From positions 1 through 64,000 of IMG/VR virus record IMGVR_UViG_3300040802_000094: 64,000 nucleotides of DNA; one strand, written 5' to 3'. The position numbers and the translations under genes were made by a program. The notes under the pieces are model-generated. The model searched no databases. It worked only from the letters and a program-made list of their open reading frames with translations, and was not told where the DNA came from. Shown piece by piece: positions 9,589 to 19,839 of this stretch. Origin of the DNA: a virus. Numbering within the stretch: the stretch's first letter is position 1; each line of letters begins with the position of its first letter.

Positions 9589-10427
9589 GAGGTTTCCTCG
9601 CTATCAGTAGTAGAAAAGTTCATCCAAAGGGAATTCTCAGGGTAGGAGCGATTGGGGAACCGTAAGGAAAAAACGAGGCGATCGCCGATCCAAACTTGTT
9701 TCCAGAAGATTTCGGGGACGGAGGTACTGCCAATTTTTGCGATTTCGCCCGTCACTCCCGCCACAATTGTAAGCTGGTAGCCCATTCGAGAGAGAGAGCG
9801 ACAGTATTCTTCAAACTCTCGCCACGCTCCCCTATTTAATGTTGGATTTTGTGCGGCGACATTTGAATAAAAGAAGGTCGATTCATTGTCTTCCAGGGTT
9901 CGCGAGCGATCGGCAGAAGGGATTAGGTGTCCCCGATCCCATCCCGTCCCCAGAAAGTCAAGATCTCCTGCTTGGTCGCAAATGACTTTAGGATCTCTAA
10001 TAAAATTATCAGATCGCCGCGCGGAACCAAGCCAAAATGGAGATAGTTGCCAGGCAACCCAGTACGGACGGCGGCGATCGCAGTCGTAGTTCAAGACGTA
10101 CTGCTCCCTGTAGATCGTCGTGCCGTTCTCCGGACTCGGGCTTTTTGGCGGAAGGTGGCTTCCTAGAAATGTCGGCCTTGTTTGGGAGGGAATCTTGTCG
10201 TCGGCGTAGCAAGAGGGGCGATCGCCTCCCTCTCTTTCGTAAGCCGACTTCCCCTCGCACGAATGTCCGGAGATTTGCATATCGTAGGGACAGGTACACC
10301 GCCCAATCGTCGGCAGTCTTACGCGAGATTCGTCAGCTCGGACTTCAAGGGCGATCGCGAACCAACTTACTAAAAAGGATAAAAGAATGGCGGAAAATCT
10401 TACGACAAAATCACTCTTTAAGGTCAT
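9585..10427 (-). CDS. Secreted DNA/RNA non-specific endonuclease (NucA/Serratia type) with Cys-rich N-terminal domain
   Basis: DRGHLIPS, NVAAQNPTLNRGAWREFE, VPEIFWK; hydrophobic signal peptide. Confidence 0.9.
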   Translation of the reverse strand: MTLKSDFVVRFSAILLSFLVSWFAIALEVRADESRVRLPTIGRCTCPYDMQISGHSCEGKSAYEREGGDRPSCYADDKIPSQTRPTFLGSHLPPKSPSPENGTTIYREQYVLNYDCDRRRPYWVAWQLSPFWLGSARRSDNFIRDPKVICDQAGDLDFLGTGWDRGHLIPSADRSRTLEDNESTFFYSNVAAQNPTLNRGAWREFEEYCRSLSRMGYQLTIVAGVTGEIAKIGSTSVPEIFWKQVWIGDRLVFSLRFPNRSYPENSLWMNFSTTDSEETS

Positions 10428-10791
10428 CGTTCAAAGGGTTGTTTCCGAGCTCTTCCGCGATTTTACTCTCCCGGCCTCGGGGGCGATCGAGGCAAACGTT
10501 TCGAGGCACGAGAGGCTAAACATTTACGTGGTCGTTCTTTTGACCCACGATCGCGACATTTTTTGTGAATTCAAGCGCCGAAGAAACCAGTTGGTCGAGA
10601 TGTTTGAGTACTACTTAGATCCATTCAGTCTCGAAGTTTCGACGCGATCGGTTAGTATTGGCGACTACCAGCCGAACCGGACGCAAGGCGTCGTTGACGG
10701 GTTTATCACGACGAATGAAACGGAATATATCTGTTTTAGTTCGGAGGATACGTCGTGTGCCTGTCCTTCCTCATTGATGCGTTCCGAATAA
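10387..10791 (+). CDS. Hypothetical protein
   Basis: 134-aa ORF with AAGGA upstream; overlaps the 5' end of the divergent nuclease ORF. Confidence 0.5.
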   Translation: MAENLTTKSLFKVIVQRVVSELFRDFTLPASGAIEANVSRHERLNIYVVVLLTHDRDIFCEFKRRRNQLVEMFEYYLDPFSLEVSTRSVSIGDYQPNRTQGVVDGFITTNETEYICFSSEDTSCACPSSLMRSE

Positions 10792-10887
10792 TTTCATTCC
10801 TTTGGGGACTTTTTGTTTGCCTCTAGTCGATCGCAAGGCCGAGAGATAGAGATTCGATCGAAAAAAACTCTTATATTCCCCTGAAGG

Positions 10888-10945
10888 GACAATCAACTAA
10901 AAACCCGTTGCGACGTCGGTTGCAACGGGTTTTTAGTTGATTGTC
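10888..10945. terminator. Long inverted repeat (27-bp arms, one G-U)
   Basis: gacaatcaactaaaaacccgttgcgac-gtcg-gttgcaacgggtttttagttgattgtc. Confidence 0.7.
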
Positions 10946-11008
10946 GATGTTATCTTATGTCCTTTTCTAGCAATCTTATATGCTGTTGATGTAGTTAAGG
11001 GACAAAAA

Positions 11009-12040
11009 ATGGACAGCAAAGTCACGTTTTGTGTGATGCCCGGAAAGCAGGGCGATCGCGATTTTTATGTCACCTCCCTGCCTTACGGGCAGTTGGCGGC
11101 GATCGTTCAAATCGCCGATTCCGCGATGCCGATCGAGCTTCGCAATCAACGACAGATCGACCCGCGCAGGGTCAAAAAGATCGTCGATTACCTCGAAGAG
11201 AAAAGATCGAGGTTCGTATTTCCCTCGATCTTTTTAAACCTCGATCCGAAGGCGGAAGTCTCCATCGAACCCGTTTCCTCGGGAGCGATCGAAATGAGCC
11301 TTCCCCTCGGGAAAACGAGGTTGTTCGTCGTTGACGGCCAACACCGACTTACGGCGTTGGCCGAATGGTACGAGCAGACTGGAGACTCTTCAATCCTTGA
11401 AGAGTCTCTTTCTGTGATGATTTTCCGCCTGGACGAGAAGGGTCTCAGGGAGGCGTTTGTCGATATCAACTCGACGGCAAAGCCCGTCGATAAGTCGGCG
11501 ACATCCTTTCTGGGATCCCCGTCGGGCGGTGCCGATCTCGCAAGGGCGATAATTGGCAGAGGCCCAAAGGGTATGGAAGGAGAGTATACGATCCCCGTAC
11601 TTCGGGCGATCGTGGATCCGGACAAGCGCGTGACGGCTACCTCGAAGGTTCCGAAGCTGTTTGGCTTTGAGGCGATCGAGGAGGTCGTTTCAAAGTCGTT
11701 CGGAACGAAAACCCCTTTCCTGCAAAGAAAAAAAGCCGTATGGCGGTTTTGGAAAGGGGTTGCCGAGAACGTCCCGGAATGGGGCGAAGTCGCCGAACTC
11801 AGAGGAATCACCGCGAGACAGGCGGCAATTCGCATCCGCCAAGAAGGGATCGCCGGAACCCTTCTTTTTATCCGAGCTTTGTCTCGGGTATGCGAAAACC
11901 ATCCGGGGAAGGACGCCTTCTCCGATACGGACTTTTCCGGGCTGCGATCGCTCCCCCTAATGAGGGGCGATGAGGCGATCGCCTCATCGCCCCCGACACC
12001 GGACGTATTCGGGCGAATACACGGACAATCGCTCAATTGA
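11009..12040 (+). CDS. DndB-like DGQHR-domain protein (ParB/Srx superfamily)
   Basis: RNQRQID...RVKKIVDYL...FVFPSI...VVDGQHR...AFVDIN; ATG at 11009 after AAGGGA. Confidence 0.88.
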   Translation: MDSKVTFCVMPGKQGDRDFYVTSLPYGQLAAIVQIADSAMPIELRNQRQIDPRRVKKIVDYLEEKRSRFVFPSIFLNLDPKAEVSIEPVSSGAIEMSLPLGKTRLFVVDGQHRLTALAEWYEQTGDSSILEESLSVMIFRLDEKGLREAFVDINSTAKPVDKSATSFLGSPSGGADLARAIIGRGPKGMEGEYTIPVLRAIVDPDKRVTATSKVPKLFGFEAIEEVVSKSFGTKTPFLQRKKAVWRFWKGVAENVPEWGEVAELRGITARQAAIRIRQEGIAGTLLFIRALSRVCENHPGKDAFSDTDFSGLRSLPLMRGDEAIASSPPTPDVFGRIHGQSLN

Positions 12041-12080
12041 GCGAGTTGATCCAAAGTTATATAGCGTAGCCTTGAGATTG

Positions 12081-12114
12081 AAGCCGCCGCAATAATCGAT
12101 TATTGCGGCGGCTT
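12081..12114. terminator. 34-bp perfect palindrome / bidirectional terminator
   Basis: aagccgccgcaataatc|gattattgcggcggctt between convergent genes. Confidence 0.75.
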
Positions 12115-13671
12115 TTCTGTATTTTCGTCGGCTTTATTGAGGGATTCCGTAAAGGCTCCCCAGGCAGAGTGGGCGGAAATCCCCGTTACGTGACGACTCA
12201 TGTGTCCGATGAAATCGTCTTTGCTTTCGTAGGGCGCGCCCTCGCGAAGTTGTCGGACTTGAGACTCGGTCTTGAGTCCGAATTTCTTTTTGAGGTCTTC
12301 GTCGCTACTGTCTGTCGATATTGAGGTATTGATGCCCTTGACGATCGCGGATTCCTCTTTCCCGATTTCCCCTGGAATGTTGAAACTGCCCGACTGTCGC
12401 ATCAGCAGGCCGCACTGGAGGATCCGGAAGGCGCGATCGCCCGCCCGACTGTTTTCGCTCTTGAATAAATCGGAATCCCCGTCGAGGTTGCCGTTGAGGA
12501 CGGATTCGGAGATTAAGTTGTAATCGTTTCGGAGACCCTCGTATTCCGTTTGCCACCTCGGATCGAGCTTGCTCGGATCGCCGGATTCGATCGCCTCGGC
12601 GAGGATGCGATCGTTGTAAGCGACGTCGCCCCGTTCGGATTGTGCGATTCGGATCGCGATATCCTGCCTGAGACGTTCCTTGACTTTTTCGTCTTCCATT
12701 ACGGTTTTGGAGACCATCCCCCCCGAAATCAAGTGCAGTCGGGTATTGGGATCTAGTTCCAGGATTTTTTCGGGGTCTTGAAGACCCCTGGCGCCGTCTT
12801 CCGAGAGGAGGCGATCGACATCGGCTTGCCCTTCCTCTCCCAAGCAATCGCTCAGCAGGGTTCGGGCAACTTCGATTCGCCCCTGAAGTTCTCGCTCTGC
12901 GGCAGTTTGTTGCGCTACGGTTTCGTCGATTGGCGTTGCCGCGTGGGTATCTCCCGTCATATTTGGGGAGCCTTTCCCTCCTAGCAAGACGAAACTCAAA
13001 TCGACGGTCGCGCTACGAAATCCGGCAGATCCCGCGATCGGATTGGACTTTTTGACAGAAACGGAAGAACAGAAGCAAGGGGCGTAGGTGGCGCCCCCAA
13101 CTCTGACGAACAATTTTTCGGGAGTACGATCGCCTTCCGTGTTTAGTCGTTGGAATGCAAAGATTTGTTCGGTCAGGTGAGATACGTCATATCCCTCTCG
13201 AACGTAGAAGGTAATGCTGAACGAGATTTCTCGGGCTGAAAGTCCGGTGAATTTCTGACCTTCGCGAATGTGGTCGCTTCCGTCTGCCTCCAGCTTTGCC
13301 GTTTGGCTTTCGCTGACCTCCGAGACTGCAATCCCCAAAAAGGAAGATCCTCCCGGATCCGTGTCGAAGAGAATCCCCTGGCGAAGTCCGTCGAGGGGAC
13401 GAATTTCAATTCCGTTGGAATGGGGCTGCGATCGCAAGTCTCTGGCTTGAGACTTGATCGGACTTTCTGGCGGCTGCTTCGGGAGTGAAGCGGCAAAGGG
13501 GTCTGACGCCCCCCCTTCCTGCGTGTCGTCTCCTTCTCCTCCTTCCTGCGTGTCGTCTCCTCCACCGCCAAAGCCGGAAAAGAATTTTTGGATGTTCCCA
13601 AAAAAGCTACCTTCCTCTTCGACGATTTCTGTGGTTGCAGGCTCTTCGGGGGCGATCGGATCGGTGACCAT
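12100..13671 (-). CDS. Contractile-tail tube initiator / baseplate protein (gpU or CIS-tube like) with long C-terminal extension
   Basis: FTGLSAREISFSITF...PEKLFVRVG...SSVSVK...RSATVDLSF pattern; possible HhH-like end (APYESKDDF). Confidence 0.55.
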   Translation of the reverse strand: MVTDPIAPEEPATTEIVEEEGSFFGNIQKFFSGFGGGGDDTQEGGEGDDTQEGGASDPFAASLPKQPPESPIKSQARDLRSQPHSNGIEIRPLDGLRQGILFDTDPGGSSFLGIAVSEVSESQTAKLEADGSDHIREGQKFTGLSAREISFSITFYVREGYDVSHLTEQIFAFQRLNTEGDRTPEKLFVRVGGATYAPCFCSSVSVKKSNPIAGSAGFRSATVDLSFVLLGGKGSPNMTGDTHAATPIDETVAQQTAAERELQGRIEVARTLLSDCLGEEGQADVDRLLSEDGARGLQDPEKILELDPNTRLHLISGGMVSKTVMEDEKVKERLRQDIAIRIAQSERGDVAYNDRILAEAIESGDPSKLDPRWQTEYEGLRNDYNLISESVLNGNLDGDSDLFKSENSRAGDRAFRILQCGLLMRQSGSFNIPGEIGKEESAIVKGINTSISTDSSDEDLKKKFGLKTESQVRQLREGAPYESKDDFIGHMSRHVTGISAHSAWGAFTESLNKADENTEKPPQ

Positions 13672-13736
13672 GGTAGTTATCGCTCTCGTTTTGCGAAACG
13701 GTTGCTAGGTTACTATTTTAACGAGGAGGATCTTAG

Positions 13737-15807
13737 ATGCTTTTGAATTTGAGGTTGGCGGCGGCAGTCGCGATCGCGGAATGCAATAGCCTCGGCTTGC
13801 AGGTCGAGGCAAAGGATCGCCTTCGCTATCCGGCGGGATCTGTCGTGGATGGCATCAGTGTTGGCGGTCGCTTCAAGCCGAAAGACGAGGCAGAGGTTCT
13901 CGCCGAAGGAATCCAGACCCTCTCCGATTGGATCTTCAATGGCAACGATCGCCAGATAGAGAAAGGGTGGGACGCCTTTCTGCGGAAGGGCGATCGGAGG
14001 CTGGAGGAAGATCCGTCCTATCGCGATCGCTTTAACGAGATGTTCAAAGCAGTTCGCGACTCTGTTTCCGAGGTCTGGCATAAGGTATCCCCCCCCGATC
14101 GCGGAAGCCTTCGACGCGATCGAGGCCAAAGTCGGCAAAGTCCGCAAGTTCATGTCCGTCGAATCCCTCGACGACTGGATTGGGGGGCGAGTCGAGAAGA
14201 TCGACGAAGGGACGCTTGCCAGACTCGTCGCGGAAACCTTACAAGGGATGACGGTTCATGTCGCTACGGCTGCGCTGAATTTGGCTCCTGAAGTAATTGC
14301 GGGGATGGCGTTCGGCCAGGCGATCGTTCCCATCGTTTTGTCGGGGTTGGTATCCACGGCCATCTTTTCTACCGCTTTTGCTGGCTCTAACTTTTTGCTC
14401 GAAAAGGCGAACCTCCCTCCGGGAGTTAGAGGGGTTTTGTCTACGGGGGTTGCCGTCTTATCGACGTTTGCCCTCGGAGTCAAAAGTCCGGCGATCATGA
14501 AGGCGCTGCGATCGCGCAAGCTGATTTCGTCGGGAGAGAAACTGAGGGAGGCGGGGTTAAAGGTTCTAGCCGAAAAGGGAACCGATGTATCTCTCGTTCG
14601 GAAGTCAATACAAAAAGAAACCGCCGTACTTAAGCAGCATGGATTTGACAGCCTCGAAGACCTAGAAATTCGCCTGGGACAAATCAAAAAAGAATCGAAA
14701 TTTATTAAATCGTTCGACCTGATTCGCTGTACCCCGGGCGGCCCCCTTCAAAGATCTTTAATGAAGCGAGCGGCCAAAGATCTTGGAAAGGACGAATTTC
14801 GTAAGATACGGGAGTATTCTCGGCTTTCTTCGTTGCACAGCAATTCGATCGTCTCAAAAAGGGTAAGGGAACTTTCCTTGTTTGCTCCAGACAGTCAGCA
14901 TTTCAACTGGAGAAGACGAGTTGTTGAAGCGGACGCGAAATACGGACATCACTTGGATGAAATAAAGGATCCACTGTTGCGCAAGAAGGCGTATTCCAGT
15001 TTGATGAGGACACTTAAAAAGGGAAAATCCAACGACTTTAAGTTCAATATAATAAGTCCCGAAGCCCGTTTCCACATGCGATCGTTGAACCCGTTTTTAT
15101 TGCGACTGGATCCCTATACGAAGGATGAGATGTTTGAAGTAGTTCTTCGCGCTAAGTCTGGGTTCAAAGAATTCAAGAAACTTCACAACCATACGGCGGA
15201 GATTTACGTTTTCCCGGTAGGAAAACACAGAAGGGTCGAAAAGGCTGGTTCCTCAGTGTCGTTCATGTGGCGACCTCCCAAGTTGCCGTGGACTTCGCCT
15301 TCTCGTGCCAAGACTACAGTAAAAAAGATCCCGACGGAGCGACCTTCTTTTCTTGAATCGCTTGAAGCGTTGCGGGAGAGTGTTGGCGATCGCGGATATA
15401 TTATAGGGTTTGACGTTCTGGGGAATAACGCCAAAAACGTTAGAATGCTAAAGCTTTTGCCGGAAAAAGATCGAGCAAAAGCCGTCATGTGGCATGAGAT
15501 GACTCACGGGATTATGGCTTTAAATCCGAAGTTGGCGACAGAAACGGGATTGCATGTCGGCACGATTTATGACGAACTCGGTATATTTGGGGGATTTACG
15601 GATGGGTACGGTACGACACTCTATCCAAAACCTTTTTCAACTTCTTTGTATTCGGGGCCTCTTAGTGGTCGATACACGGCCTCTAATAACGAGTTCACCT
15701 CGATTGCCGCCGAACACCTTTCGCACCCCGACATGGCTTCTCAGTTAATCAAAAAAAATAAAGAGCAAATGTTGGCACTCCTGTCTATTCTCGATACGGC
15801 AAAGTAA
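13737..15807 (+). pseudogene. Leader-TM-HExxH metallopeptidase effector 1, frameshifted at a C8 tract (14089..14096)
   Basis: RBS GAGGAGG plus ATG 13737; RYPAGSVVDGISVGGRFKPK leader in ORF 13737..14291; removing one C joins it to ORF 14152..15807 (WHEMTH...NNEFTS), about 689 aa. Confidence 0.75.
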
Positions 15808-17815
15808 TGAAGAATATCAAGTTACATCTCAGCGCTTCGGCGGCGATCGCGGTAACAGAAATCCAACGATTCCTGTTGATTTGCGAAGAGGCTGCCGATC
15901 AACCCCGATGCCCTCCCGGGACGCCGAGGGGCGGGCAGTGGAAATCGAAAAAGGCGGGTGTGGAGAAAAGGCGTCATCCGATCCCTCCGACGACCGCCGA
16001 CCCGATCTCGAATCTGGGTCAACGGCGATCGCCAAAGATAACCCGATCGTCGTCAACGCGGGGGCGATCGGCCAAATCAACAAGATCTTTGACGACACGA
16101 TCGCCGCGTCCGAGGAGTTGCGGGACAACTACGAGCGATACCTGACCAATGCAGGCAAGGCGATGTCGGACGTTCTCGGGGCGATCGCTCCGCAAGCCCA
16201 GAAAGTATTCGATAAAATCTCCCTGCCCGAGGTCGATTCTTCTCCGGCTAACATGATGAACTTGGTCGGAAAGATCGAAAGTAGTGCCGCCGACATGGCA
16301 GTCGGCGAGTTGATGGGCAGCCTTGGAGAGCTTTGTTCTATTTTCCTCTGTCAGGGGCTAAAAGTATCCGCCACTTTGGGGCCGGAAATAGCCGTTGGCA
16401 TGATCGCGGGGCAGGCGATCGGTCCCGCGATCCTTGCCGCCGCAGGGGGCGCACTGGCTACGGTTGTGCTAGAGAAGGGGATCGAGTACACGCTGCGAGC
16501 CGTAGGGGCGGAGGAAGATGTGGCGAGATCGATAGGGAGCGCGATCTCGGTTGCTTCTTGTATTTTCGGCCTCGGCATAACTTCTCCAAAGTTACTTAAA
16601 GCCCTGCGTAGCAGGAATTTAATGAAGAACGCCGATGCTTTGAGGGAGTCTGGAATCAAGATCCTTTCTAAGAGCGGGGTTGACGAAAAGGTCGTTCGCT
16701 CGATCGCCCGGAAAGAAATGAAGGCGATCGAGGCAAAAGGTTTCGCTTCGCTGGAGGAAATGGAAAAACACCTCTTCGATCTGAGGAAGACAAAATTGGT
16801 CAAGCGAATCGAGGGACTCGACTTCGTCCAAGAGGAAAGCGTCCGGAGGGAAGCCATCTCGAACTTCCTCAAAAACGCCTCCCCCGAAGAATCTGCAAAA
16901 CTAAAACAGTTTTCCGAGCTTTCTCGGGTTCACGGGGATACGGTGGTCTTGAAGCGGCTTCGAGAGATTCCGGCGATTCGCGAAGGATCTCCTCAGTTCA
17001 ATTTGAGGAAGCGATTGATCGAAGCTTCGGCAAAATACAAGGACGATCTCGATGCGATTCGCGAATCGGGAGGGGCGACGGCAGAGTATTCGGCTTTACT
17101 CAAGAAAATCAGGCGAAAAGCGAAGAATCCATCCACCCTCCACCGCGCGACCGAAGCACAAGAAGAGGCTGGCGCTAACTTTGCAAAGGCACTAGTGCCG
17201 CAGCACGCAAGCGAGTTCAAAACGCTTGGGGCGGCAGAAAAGAACAAAATCGCCAGTCAAGCTGGCAAGGCTTTTGACGAATTCAAGCAAATTCACGGAC
17301 GAAAGCAGAATATAAAACTTGCGATCGTGGGGGAAGGGAAAAAGGGAACTCCTCCCACTGCCTTCATGCTAAATATCCCGAGAATCAAGAAGGATCTTCT
17401 TGGAAAAACACCGTTGTTTAGAAGGATTACCGATGCTTTTGAGGGGGACAAAAGTGTTTTACTTTTCGACAACAATCTTTCGGTATTGAGGGGAATCGAA
17501 AATCTCGACGAATTCGATCGGGTCAAATCTCTTGTGTGGCACGAATCTATGCACGATATCACTTTTGGCAACCCAAAATTGGCGCAAGAGACTGGCCTCC
17601 TCGTCCGACAGATTAAATCCGAGCTGGGCAGTTTTGGCGGGTTTGTCGATAATTACGCCTCAAAATTGTATGGAAATCCTTTTGAATCAATTAACAACGA
17701 ATCTCTCTCGATTGCGGCAGAAAGTCTATCTCATCCGAAGCTCATGAAAGGGTTTCTCGATCGCGGATCGGAGCAGATGCTCAACCTGCTGTCCGTATTG
17801 GAGAATGCGACATGA
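15807..17815 (+). pseudogene. Leader-TM-HExxH metallopeptidase effector 2, frameshifted near 15948..15970
   Basis: TAATG-coupled start; leader QPRCPPGTPRGGQWKSKK in ORF 15807..16145; body in ORF 15881..17815 (WHESMH...NNESLS); one added base restores about 669 aa. Confidence 0.72.
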
Positions 17816-19443
17816 TTTCCCGACTTTCGCTCTCTCTCCGTCTTTCCGAGATTTCAATGCGTTGCGCGCAGCTCGCGATCGCAGCAGAAATTGAGGGACC
17901 CGAGCGCTATCCGGCGGGGACGACGATCGACGGAGTCAACGTCGGCGGACGATTTAAGCCGAAAAACGCTACGTCGGGGGGATTGTCGGAGGATGCTCGA
18001 GAACTGACGTCCGATTTTCTTCAGAAAAAAGAGTCGATCCTTCAAAAGTTTGCCACTTCAGTCAGGGATTTGGTTTCGGAGGCGATCGCGTCCCCTCTTT
18101 TGCAAAGGCTGATCTACGGGGCTTACAACCGATTAAAAATAAAAAGCGTATCCCAAATCAACAAAGAACTGATCGATAAAGGGGTCGAGATCCTCGCCAA
18201 GGAAGGCGTCAGCAAGCAAGCCATCGAGGCGGCGATCGCTCGCGAGTCTCAAGAACTGAAGCGCAGGGGGTACGATTCTTTTGAGTCTCTAGAGAAAGAT
18301 GTCGCCAAAATCCTAGAGTCCCCCGAGATAAAGCAAATGGCCGCGAAGCTTTATCCTCACGCTGAAATTGAGGCGCTGATCGACGAAGACCCGTCTCTCG
18401 GCAGGAAGCTCAAAGATCTGTTCGACAAGTCGGGACTGCTGTCGGAGTGCGTCGCGACGAGGCGGGCGAGAGAAATGCCTTTCGTCGATCGCGACAGCAT
18501 CGGGTTTTCCTATCGAAAGCGGATCGTCGAGGCGGCGATCGCCTACGGCGGACAAGTAGACGCACTGCGGGGAGCCGAAGATCCCGCGATCGCCCACAGA
18601 CAAATCCTCGACACCTTGAAAGCAAACAAGAAGCACGACGGTAAGATAGACACTCACTTGCTCTTATTTAACGAGGCTGGCAAGAAAGCTACGGAAATGA
18701 AGCTAACCAAAATCTTCTCGCAAAAAGTGGAACTCGTTGACATGAAGCGGGGGGAAGGGAAGGCGATCGCGGATCGCCTTCAGGGTTATGCGAAAGAATT
18801 GTCGGAAATCACCGGATTCTCGTTGAACATCCCCTTCATGATTTGCGATTCCGAGATAAAACCCGGCAACAACCTAATGACGTTCGTCGGGGGTCTGAAG
18901 GATGTCGTCGCTTTCGATCCTCAGTACCTCGACAAGGAGTACCTCGACAATCTAATTTCGTCGTTTACTTCGACCAAGCACTCGGGCAATGTGTTTTCCT
19001 TCAACAAGAATCTTGTCGATATCGACGCCGTACGTCGGTTTGACGATCAAACCCAAAAAGAGCGGGAAAGAGGCTACGTTTGGCACGAGATCGGACACGA
19101 AATCTCCCGTAATAATCCTCAACTGACGAAGGAGACGGGGTTTTTAGTGTTTGATTCGTACAACCAGTTCGGCAGGGTTGGAGGGTTTACCGATTTTTAC
19201 GCGACCTTTGTCCAGCCCGGCATTCCCGATGTCGGACCACTGCCCACCATTCCCGTCAGCGACGCCTTTTCCTTATTAAACAAAATGCACCTTCGACCGT
19301 TCCGCTCGAAGGACGTTTACAATACCGAGGCTTTTTCGATCGGCGTCGAGTCGCTTTCTTCTGCCAACTACGCGCAGTATTTCGCGCAGAGGAGTCCCGA
19401 GCAGTTACTCAACACTTTATCCGTTTTGGAAAATGCTAAATAG
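17812..19443 (+). CDS. Leader-HExxH metallopeptidase effector 3 (intact, lacks the TM module)
   Basis: LAIAA...RYPAGTTIDGVNVGGRFKPK; WHEIGH...GGFTDFYA...NTEAFS; ATGA-coupled. Confidence 0.85.
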   Translation: MISRLSLSLRLSEISMRCAQLAIAAEIEGPERYPAGTTIDGVNVGGRFKPKNATSGGLSEDARELTSDFLQKKESILQKFATSVRDLVSEAIASPLLQRLIYGAYNRLKIKSVSQINKELIDKGVEILAKEGVSKQAIEAAIARESQELKRRGYDSFESLEKDVAKILESPEIKQMAAKLYPHAEIEALIDEDPSLGRKLKDLFDKSGLLSECVATRRAREMPFVDRDSIGFSYRKRIVEAAIAYGGQVDALRGAEDPAIAHRQILDTLKANKKHDGKIDTHLLLFNEAGKKATEMKLTKIFSQKVELVDMKRGEGKAIADRLQGYAKELSEITGFSLNIPFMICDSEIKPGNNLMTFVGGLKDVVAFDPQYLDKEYLDNLISSFTSTKHSGNVFSFNKNLVDIDAVRRFDDQTQKERERGYVWHEIGHEISRNNPQLTKETGFLVFDSYNQFGRVGGFTDFYATFVQPGIPDVGPLPTIPVSDAFSLLNKMHLRPFRSKDVYNTEAFSIGVESLSSANYAQYFAQRSPEQLLNTLSVLENAK

Positions 19444-19452
19444 GGGGAGATT

Positions 19453-19785
19453 ATGGCTGTAGTTAAAATTAAATTTGTCAACGTTGAAGATTCCAGTCAC
19501 TACGTCAAAATTACTTTAGACAAAGTGCCTGAGTTCGAGTCCGACTCCGTCGCCTTCAGGTACGAAACGAACCGGGAAAAGGACGATCGCTTTCTCCTGG
19601 GCTTGGTGGTCGGGAGGCACTGGCGCATGAAGACTGGCGTTTGCAGTGCGGCTGAGATCGTAGACGCCGCATTGCAGACGGCATTGATGGAAGGGTTCCG
19701 CTTGGTCTCCGATATTCCGGAACTCAAGCCAGCGAAGCCGCTTTCAGAAGAGCAGAAAAGAATACAAGACCTCATTATCGATTGA
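19453..19785 (+). CDS. Hypothetical protein closing the metallopeptidase operon
   Basis: 110 aa, RBS GGGGAG. Confidence 0.75.
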   Translation: MAVVKIKFVNVEDSSHYVKITLDKVPEFESDSVAFRYETNREKDDRFLLGLVVGRHWRMKTGVCSAAEIVDAALQTALMEGFRLVSDIPELKPAKPLSEEQKRIQDLIID

Positions 19786-19789
19786 TTTC

Positions 19790-19827
19790 GCCCACCTAAA
19801 TTGCAGACGTCTGCAATTTAGGTGGGC
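19790..19827. promoter_or_regulatory. 38-bp perfect palindrome containing AATTGCAGACGTCTGCAATT (copy 1; parS/operator-like, may double as terminator)
   Basis: gcccacctaaattgcagac|gtctgcaatttaggtgggc. Confidence 0.75.
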
Positions 19828-19839
19828 TTTATTCTAGCC

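Noticed and set aside
11188-12054. Long antisense or alternate-frame ORFs (for example 11188-, 20581-, 54420-, 57899+, 50783-)
   Set aside because: They shadow well-supported genes and lack motifs; expected at this GC content with HIP1 bias.
13514-13562. Direct repeat encoding GDDTQEGG twice
   Set aside because: Simple duplication in a low-complexity linker.
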